64,000 nt of DNA from Acidobacteriota bacterium (GTDB lineage: Bacteria > Acidobacteriota > CAIWXX01), in the NCBI GenBank assembly GCA_040755995.1, contig JBFMAF010000037.1, forward strand, positions 160,001-224,000. Reading direction: 5' to 3'. The notes beneath the pieces were generated by a model. That model was not told the origin of the DNA and did not search any database. It saw nothing but the letters and a program-made list of their open reading frames with translations. Shown in pieces: positions 55,565 to 64,000 of the stretch (position 1 is the stretch's first letter; each line of letters begins with the position of its first letter). Position numbers and translations under genes: made by a program.

Positions 55565-55927
55565 TCACCCACGCCCGTTTGCACGGGCATGTCGATCAAG
55601 AAGCCCATCAATCATCTTGAGGACGACGCGAATGTCGGCCGAAGGGAGTTGTTCTATCCTCTGGAGTCGCTTGAGGAGCCGCGCTGCACGCGGATCAGGC
55701 GTTTCCTTCTGGGCCTTGAGGCCGAGGAGCTGGTCGGTGGACACTCGTAGTGCACGAGCAAGGTCGATGAGCAGCGCGCCGCGTGACTGGGCGTCCGCTT
55801 GTTCATAATAGGCGATCACCCGTTTGGACACGCCCACGGCTTCGCCTAGCTCTGCTTGAGTCATGGCCCGGCTCCGCCGGATGTCGGCGAGTCGCCTGCC
55901 GAAGCCCTTTAGGGTTCGCTCTTTCAT
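55565..55927 (-). CDS. XRE-family HTH transcriptional regulator
   Basis: FGRRLADIRRSRAMTQAELGEAVGVSKRVIAYYE...LARALRVSTDQLLG. Confidence 0.85.
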   Translation of the reverse strand: MKERTLKGFGRRLADIRRSRAMTQAELGEAVGVSKRVIAYYEQADAQSRGALLIDLARALRVSTDQLLGLKAQKETPDPRAARLLKRLQRIEQLPSADIRVVLKMIDGLLDRHARANGRG

Positions 55928-56045
55928 GTGCACCGCAAGACAGGTCAGCTTCATCTGACACTTCCTGAGTACAGGAGCGAATTCCATAAGCGACTTTCCC
56001 ACTTGACAAACATGATACCATTATCGTATCTCTCCTGATGAGAAT

Positions 56046-56340
56046 TTGCCAGGGTGCCTTTTCTATCTCAGGCATTTCGTCCACCGGCCGCTTGAACGCG
56101 CCGTGGATGACATCCGGCGCGTGAGTAGTGAGACGATCGCCGAGTACACACGAGAGCTCCGGGCGCAACGGTATCGCTCGCAGAATAGCGGTCTGTGGCG
56201 GCCGCTCACGGCGCACGGGTTTCCTATAGGGACGCCCGCGTGGCTGGGGGAACTCCACGGCGTCTGGACCAGCTTGTGGGCTCTCCCCGCACTCGCGACT
56301 CGCCCTATGGACTGCTGGTAGAGCCGGCCGACATCTCCTT
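56046..56340 (+). pseudogene. Possible decayed tyrosine recombinase (XerC-like) N-terminal fragment
   Basis: ERAVDDIRRVSSETIAEYTRELRAQRY...RPLTAH resembles an integrase N-terminal SAM-like segment; another frame has LVGSPRTRDSPYGL, like the stretch preceding the RD motif. No catalytic domain. Confidence 0.4.
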
Positions 56341-56544
56341 CGACACCGCCCCCGCTCCAGCACACGTCGTGTTCTCGGCTCGACGGGGTGATCCGCTGCC
56401 CGGCGGCGGGCGTCTCCTCCCCGTAATCAACCCCGTGTTCGTAAACGGCGCTAAGATCGCGTTCCTCGCGAGCGAAGGGCAAGCTAATTGGAACGGCATG
56501 TGTGGCCTTGACTAGCGCCGGGGGACCGTTTAGATTTCGGATCT

Positions 56545-57213
56545 ATGCCGAGCGGTGAATCCAGGTCTGGGTTCCTGTTCCCCAGGTGGACGAACTCGGT
56601 TCGCCCGCTTGTTGGGGCCGCGTTGGTGATCACACCGGCTTACATCGTCGCGTTGTTCTACTTCGGGGCTTCGCCGCGAACTACGGACGTTGGCTACGAG
56701 CCCAGGCAGCCGGTGCCGTACAGCCACGCGCTGCACGCAGGCGACCTTGGCATTGACTGCCGGTATTGCCATTCGACAGTCGAGGTGGCGGCGCGGGCGG
56801 CGATCCCGCCGACCCAGACGTGCATGAACTGCCACAGCCGGATCCGCGCGCAGAGCGCCAAGCTGATCCCCGTGAGGGAGAGCTACGCGACCGGCATGCC
56901 GATCGAGTGGGTTCGAGTGCACGATCTTCCGGACTTCGTCTACTTCAACCACAGCGCCCACGTCCGTCGTGGTGTGGGGTGCGTCTCGTGCCACGGACGT
57001 ATTGACAAGATGGAGGTCGTCTATCAGGCGGAACCGCTCAGCATGGGCTGGTGTCTCAGCTGCCATCGAGACCCGGAGAAACGGTTGCGGCCGCAGGAGT
57101 ACGTGACGAGGATGGACTGGGTCCCGTTCGAGGATCAGACTGCGCTGGGCAAGAGGCTGCGCGAGGCAAACAACATCAATCCCTCCGTGGACTGTTCGAC
57201 ATGTCACCGATGA
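56545..57213 (+). CDS. actA: Alternative complex III pentaheme cytochrome c
   Basis: N-terminal TM, QPVPYSHALHAG, five CxxCH (CRYCH, CMNCH, CVSCH, CLSCH, CSTCH). Confidence 0.92.
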   Translation: MPSGESRSGFLFPRWTNSVRPLVGAALVITPAYIVALFYFGASPRTTDVGYEPRQPVPYSHALHAGDLGIDCRYCHSTVEVAARAAIPPTQTCMNCHSRIRAQSAKLIPVRESYATGMPIEWVRVHDLPDFVYFNHSAHVRRGVGCVSCHGRIDKMEVVYQAEPLSMGWCLSCHRDPEKRLRPQEYVTRMDWVPFEDQTALGKRLREANNINPSVDCSTCHR

Positions 57214-60208
57214 AACAAGCAGGTAAGAGATACTGGCGAAGTCTCGACGAGCTCGCCGACTCGCCCGAGCTCCGCCGGCGGGTGGAGCGCGAGAGCCCGT
57301 CGCTGGCCTCGCAGATCTGGACTGCGGCGTCGCGCAGGGACTTCCTGAAGGCAATGGGGGCCTCGCTCGCGCTGGGCAGCCTCACGGGGTGCCGTTGGCC
57401 GAAAGAGAAGATCGTGCCGTACGCGCACCGGCCGGAGGGTCGTGTGCCGGGCAAGCCCGAGCAGTTTGCGACGGCAATGGAGCTCGCAGGAGTGGCGCGG
57501 GCGCTGCTGGTTACGAGCTATGACGGGCGGCCGCTGAAGGTTGAGGGGAACCCGGAGCATCCCGAGAGTCGTGGCGCCAGCGATGCATACGCGCAGGCGA
57601 GTGTCCTCGAGCTCTACGATCCTGACCGTAGCAAGGACGTGGTTCTCCGCCAGAACCGGCAGCGGATCGTTCAAACGTGGGATCAGTTCGATGCGTTCGC
57701 GAAAGCGGCATTCTCGGAGCTGCGGCGGAGGGGAGGAGATGGCTTCAGCGTCCTGAGCGAAGCATCGTCATCACCGAGTCTTTACGACATGCGCGCGCGT
57801 CTGCAGCAGGCCTTGCCGATGATGACGTGGTACGAATACGAACCCGTTTCGCGCGACAACGAGCGGCTCGGAACCGCGATGGCCTTCGGCAGGCCGTGCC
57901 GAGCTCATCCGGCTCTGGACCAGGCGGATGTCATCTTGAGCCTCGACAGCGACCTCCTGATGAACAGTCCGGTCGCGGTCAAGCACGCGATGGCCTTCGC
58001 CAGCCGGCGGCGCGCTGAAGACTTCCGCATGAACCGGCTGTACGTCGTCGAGCCGGTGGTTTCCGTGACAGGCGCGATGGCGGATCACAGGTGCGCGACG
58101 CCGTCTCGTCTGGTCCCTCGATTCGCGTGTAAGCTTGCCGGTGAGCTGACAAGCGACCCCGCCCTCGGTACCGCCGCCGACAAGGCCGCGCTCGCGCCGC
58201 TCCTGCAGCAGACGCTGCCTGCCATGCCGCCGTTCTTCGCCGACATCGTGCGAGACCTGCGCGAGAACAGGGGTAGGAGCCTCGTAGTGGCGGGGCCGCG
58301 GCAGAACCCTGGAGTGCACGCGCTTGCGGCTTGGCTGAACCACGTTCTGGGCAACGCCGGCAAGACGATCACATATACGGCCGAGGTCGATCCCGACCGA
58401 CCCGCCCACGTCGATGCCATGAGGGCGCTCGTATCGGAGATGAAGGCAGGCCGTGTCGACACGCTTCTGGTGCTCGGCGGCAACCCGGTCTACAACGCCC
58501 CGGCGGACCTGGAATTCGCGCAACAGCTCGATAGAGTGAAGACCCTGATTCGCGTCGGCCTCTACGAAGACGAGACTTCACTGGCCTGTGACTGGCACCT
58601 GCCGCAGGCGCACTTCCTGGAGTCATGGGGCGACGCCCGTGCATATGACGGGACGATCAGCATCGTGCAGCCGTTGATCGATCCCCTCTACGACGGCAGG
58701 ACACCGATCGAGATCCTCGCAACGGCTCTGGACGAGGAGCCCAGGAGATGCTACGACATCGTCCGCCGGACATTCGGCCGGCTCAGCAGCGCGGCTGATG
58801 TCGAACCGGCGTGGCGCCGGGCGCTCCATGACGGGCTCGTCGAGGGCACTCGCTTCAAACCTGATGTGCCGATGCCGCTCGCCGATGCCTTGAGCAAGGC
58901 TATTGAAGGGATCGAAAAGGAGGGAGGCGGATCTGATGCGTCTCCCATCGAAGTCGTGTTCGTTCAGGACCACAGCGTCCATGACGGGCGATACGCCAAC
59001 AGTGGATGGCTTCAAGAGATGCCGGACCCGCTGACAAAGCTGACGTGGGACAACGCAGCGGCCGTGAGCCCCGCCCTGGCTCGTGAGCAGAACCTGACGG
59101 AAGGCGACGTCGTGAGAATCAGCTGCGATGGCACGTCGATCGAGGCCCCGGTCGTCCTGCTGCCCGGACAGGCAACCGGCTCGATCGCCCTGCCCCTGGG
59201 CTACGGCCGGCGCGCCGCCGGCCGCGTCGGCACCGGTGTCGGCGTCGATGCGTACAATTTGCGGCCTTCCACCGCGATGTACACGCGAAGGGCCGATCTG
59301 ATGAAGACCGGCCGCCGCTACCCGCTGGCCGCAACACAGGATCATTTCATCATCGACCCGGTGGGCCATGAGGAACGCGAGCGGCGTTCGCGCGAGCTGA
59401 TTCGGGAGCTGACGCTCGCCGAGTACAAGGCCGGCCCGCGTCAGCTCGCGACAGAATCGGCGCGCAAGCCGAGGTTTTCTCTCTGGAGGGAGCACGAGTA
59501 CGAGGGGCATCGCTGGGCAATGGCCATCGACTTGAGTGTATGCACGGGCTGTAGCGCATGCGTCGTTGCGTGCCAGGCGGAGAACAACGTCCCGGTAGTG
59601 GGCAAGGACCAGGTCAAGCGGGGGCGCGAGATGCATTGGATTCGTGTGGACAGGTACTTCTCAGGCGATCCCGACTCCCCCTCCATCTCCTTTCAGCCGC
59701 TGACCTGTCACCACTGCGAGGACGCTCCGTGCGAGCAGGTCTGCCCGGTGGGAGCGACGCAGCACAGCCATGAGGGTCTGAACGACATGGTTTACAATCG
59801 TTGTGTCGGAACGCGATACTGCTCGAACAACTGCCCCTACAAGGTACGCCGCTTCAACTGGTTCAACAACCTGAAGCGCCTTTCGGACTTCCAGAAGATG
59901 CAATTGAATCCCGAGGTTACGGTGCGCAGCCGCGGGGTCATGGAGAAATGCACGTTCTGTGTACAGCGGATCAATCTGGCGAAGATCGCGGCCAAGAACG
60001 ACAGGCGCGCTCTGGTCGACGGCGGGATCACGCCGGCATGCGCGCAGGCATGTCCGACCGGCGCGATCGTTTTCGGCGATCTCAACGATGCGGAAAGCCG
60101 CGTCGCGAAGCTCCACGCCAGCGGGCGCTCGTATGCGCTGCTCGAAGAGCTCAACATCAAGCCGCGCACGAAATACCTGGCCCGGTTGAGAAACCCTGCT
60201 GAGCGAAC

Positions 60209-60212
<4 letters not shown>
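57210..60212 (+). CDS. actB: Alternative complex III molybdopterin-oxidoreductase-like/Fe-S subunit
   Basis: YWRSLDEL, Tat motif [21 protein letters not shown]-terminal [44 protein letters not shown]. Confidence 0.92.
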
Positions 60213-61675
<1,463 letters not shown>

Positions 61676-61686
61676 GGAGTACGATC

Positions 61687-62253
61687 ATGGCGTCCATTGA
61701 GAATCACGAGTCGGCGGGCGGCCCCAAGCGCATCCGCTACCTGCTCGCAGAATTCGAAACGCCGGAGGAGTTGCTTTCAGCTGCAGAACGCGTCCGCGAC
61801 GCCGGCTACACGCGGTGGGACGCCCACTCACCATTCCCCGTGCACGGGCTCGACGAGGCCATGGGCATCAAGTCCACCGTGCTCCCGTGGTTCGTGCTCA
61901 TGTGTGGGCTACTGGGCGCCGCCGGCGGCCTGGGGCTGGAGTGGTGGACGAACGCCTTCGACTACCCCTACCTGGTAAGTGGCAAGCCGCTGTTCAGCCT
62001 GCCTGCGAACATTCCGGTGATGTTCGAGCTCACGGTGCTGCTGAGCGCGGCAGGCGCGCTTGTCGGCATGCTGGCGTTCAACGGCCTGCCCGAGCTCTAT
62101 CACACGCTGTTCACGAGCAAACGGTTTCACCGTGCCACAACCGACCGGTTCTTCATCAGCATCGACGCCGGTGACCCGAAGTTCGATGCCGCCGGGAGCG
62201 AAGCCTTCCTGCGCGGCCTGGGCGGGGTGGAAGTGGAGAGCCTGGAGGACTGA
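61687..62253 (+). CDS. actD: Alternative complex III subunit D (DUF3341)
   Basis: LLAEF, DAHSPFPVHGLDEAMG, SGKP, PVMFELTVL; GAGGAG RBS. Confidence 0.9.
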   Translation: MASIENHESAGGPKRIRYLLAEFETPEELLSAAERVRDAGYTRWDAHSPFPVHGLDEAMGIKSTVLPWFVLMCGLLGAAGGLGLEWWTNAFDYPYLVSGKPLFSLPANIPVMFELTVLLSAAGALVGMLAFNGLPELYHTLFTSKRFHRATTDRFFISIDAGDPKFDAAGSEAFLRGLGGVEVESLED

Positions 62254-62257
62254 GCCG

Positions 62258-62899
62258 ATGCCACGCTGGATACACATGGTTGTGGCGGTTGTCACCGTGT
62301 CGGCGCTCGTTCCGCTGGCCTTCATCGCGCGCGCGCGTTTCGTCAAGTCCGAGACTCCGCGCATCCACCTGATCGGCGACATGGACCAGCAGCCGAAGTT
62401 CCGAGCGCAGTCGCCGAACGCGCTGTTTGCCGACGGGAGGGCCATGCGCCCGGCTATTCCGGGCACAGTCGCACGTGGCGCCCTGAACGCAGACGACCAC
62501 TTCTACCGAGGCGAGGTGGGTGGGCAATGGGCCGTCGAGCTGCCGATGGAGGTGGACGAGACGATGATGAAGCGCGGGCAGGAGCGCTTCGGCGTCTTCT
62601 GTTCGCCGTGCCACGGGCTGGCGGGCGCGGGTGACGGGATTGTGTCGAAGCGGGCCGACAGGCTGCAGGAAGGCACCTGGACGCCGCCGCCGTCGTATCA
62701 CACCGATGCGATCAGGTCCCGCCCTGTGGGCCAGATATTCAACACGATCACCAACGGCGTGAGGACAATGCCCGCATACGGCCCGCAGATTCCTGAAGCC
62801 GACCGGTGGGCGATAGTAGCATACGTGCGCGCGCTACAGCGCAGCCAGAACTCCCGCATGGAAGACGTGCCGCCCGAGCTTCGAGCCGCGATCCGGTGA
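62258..62899 (+). CDS. actE: Alternative complex III monoheme cytochrome c
   Basis: DMDQQPKF, PGTVARG, single CSPCH, MPAYG, DRWAIVAYVRALQ. Confidence 0.9.
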   Translation: MPRWIHMVVAVVTVSALVPLAFIARARFVKSETPRIHLIGDMDQQPKFRAQSPNALFADGRAMRPAIPGTVARGALNADDHFYRGEVGGQWAVELPMEVDETMMKRGQERFGVFCSPCHGLAGAGDGIVSKRADRLQEGTWTPPPSYHTDAIRSRPVGQIFNTITNGVRTMPAYGPQIPEADRWAIVAYVRALQRSQNSRMEDVPPELRAAIR

Positions 62900-62908
62900 G
62901 GAGACACG

Positions 62909-64000
62909 ATGCACTCTGCGATTGATCTCTCCAAGGAGCGGCTCAGACTTCCGGCCGCCGCGAATGTGCTCGCGTGGGCTTTCGGCGTGCTCGGACTCCT
63001 GGGGCTTGCTGCAAGCTTCTGGCTGGGGTACCGTTCTCCTGAAGGGCCGTCGCACGTACTGCACTCCTATCTGGTGAGCCTGGCGTTCTTTCTCAGCATT
63101 GCCCTCGGGGCCCTGTTCTTCGTGATCCTGCAGCATGCAACGCGCGCCGGGTGGAGCGTCGTCTTGAGGCGGATCGCCGAGATCGTCGCCGCCAATATCC
63201 CAATCCTGGCGCTGCTGGCGATCCCCGTGGCAATCGGCATCCACCACCTCTATCACTGGGCGGACCCCGCTGCCGTGGCCGGAGACCAGCTGTTGCGGGA
63301 GAAGTCTCCGTATCTGAACCCGAGCTTCTTCGTGCTGCGTCTGCTCGCCTATTTCGCGCTCTGGAGCGCTCTCTCGACCTACTACCTTCGGGCTTCGCTC
63401 AAGCAGGACCAGTCCGGCGACGCGACCCTGACGCTGCGCATGCAGCGCCTGGGCGCTCCGGCCCTGTTGCTGTACGGCATTACGGTGACCTTCGCGTCGT
63501 TCGATCTGCTCATGTCGCTCGACCCGCACTGGTTCAGCACGATCTACGGCGTTTACTTCTTCGCAGGCGGAGTCGTGGGGTTCTTCGCCCTGCTGCCGCT
63601 CGTCATCTACGTCCTGCAGCGCTCCGGATACGCCGCACACGCTATCACGATCGAGCACTACCACGACATGGGAAAGCTGCTGTTCGCGTTCGTGGTCTTC
63701 TGGGCGTACATCGCTTTCTCACAGTATATGCTGATCTGGTACGGGAACATGCCGGAAGAGACCGACTGGTACTTCGATCGACAGGCGGGCGGTTGGGCCT
63801 GGGTGAGCCTGGCGCTGCTTTTCGGGCACTTCATCGTCCCCTTCCTGGCAGTGCTGTCACGCGTTCCAAAGCGCAGTAAGGCGCTTCTGGCAGGTGTCGC
63901 CCTGTGGGTACTGGCCATGCACTGGATCGACCTGTACTGGCTGGTCATGCCGGGAGCAGAGGGGCATCCGGTGCTGCCGGGGTTGGCTGACCTGGCGTGC
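62909..64000 (+). CDS. actF: Alternative complex III membrane subunit F (truncated by the window end)
   Basis: Manual translation from ATG 62909 (GAGGAG RBS): ...LGALFFVILQHATRAGWSVVLRRIAE...YLN...DLLMSLDPHWFSTIYG...HDMGKLLFAF...SQYMLIWYGN.PEE; no stop before 64000. Confidence 0.9.
   Translation, partial: MHSAIDLSKERLRLPAAANVLAWAFGVLGLLGLAASFWLGYRSPEGPSHVLHSYLVSLAFFLSIALGALFFVILQHATRAGWSVVLRRIAEIVAANIPILALLAIPVAIGIHHLYHWADPAAVAGDQLLREKSPYLNPSFFVLRLLAYFALWSALSTYYLRASLKQDQSGDATLTLRMQRLGAPALLLYGITVTFASFDLLMSLDPHWFSTIYGVYFFAGGVVGFFALLPLVIYVLQRSGYAAHAITIEHYHDMGKLLFAFVVFWAYIAFSQYMLIWYGNMPEETDWYFDRQAGGWAWVSLALLFGHFIVPFLAVLSRVPKRSKALLAGVALWVLAMHWIDLYWLVMPGAEGHPVLPGLADLAC

Overview
GC-rich bacterial chromosomal window. 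Its gene content (TolB/TPR Ser/Thr kinase, ECF sigma/anti-sigma/TPR locus, many secreted beta-propeller proteins, alternative complex III) resembles Acidobacteriota-like genomes; that taxonomy is inference only. The left half (1-33.5 kb) is accessory: a truncated TPR protein/anti-sigma/ECF sigma operon divergent from two IPT-tailed secreted propeller proteins; a propeller sensor lacking a kinase domain; an orphan family-5 solute-binding protein; two M1 peptidases (one fused to an ABC-2 permease); a VapBC-like pair; an FG-GAP/CHAP/BNR protein behind a sigma54-type promoter; two paralogous propellers; and a TetR/serine hydrolase pair. The right half holds GABA/aldehyde catabolism (gabT, two ALDHs), plsC, an HtrA-like protease, a membrane-anchored GspE/PilB ATPase-TPR-glycosyltransferase operon, a shortened uvrA, DUF948/YtxH/glgC, two histidine kinases, an acyl-CoA dehydrogenase, a UPF0175/DUF3368 pair next to an XRE gene and integrase remnant, and actABCDEF (truncated at the window end). 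Non-coding highlights are a 63-nt co-oriented hairpin repeat in four copies with a covarying stem, a decayed partial duplicate of gabT, NrdR-like plus DnaA-like boxes between convergent genes, and a perfect BlaI/MecI/CopY-type operator. I found no rRNA, tRNA or CRISPR array. All calls come from reading motifs by eye; no searches were run.
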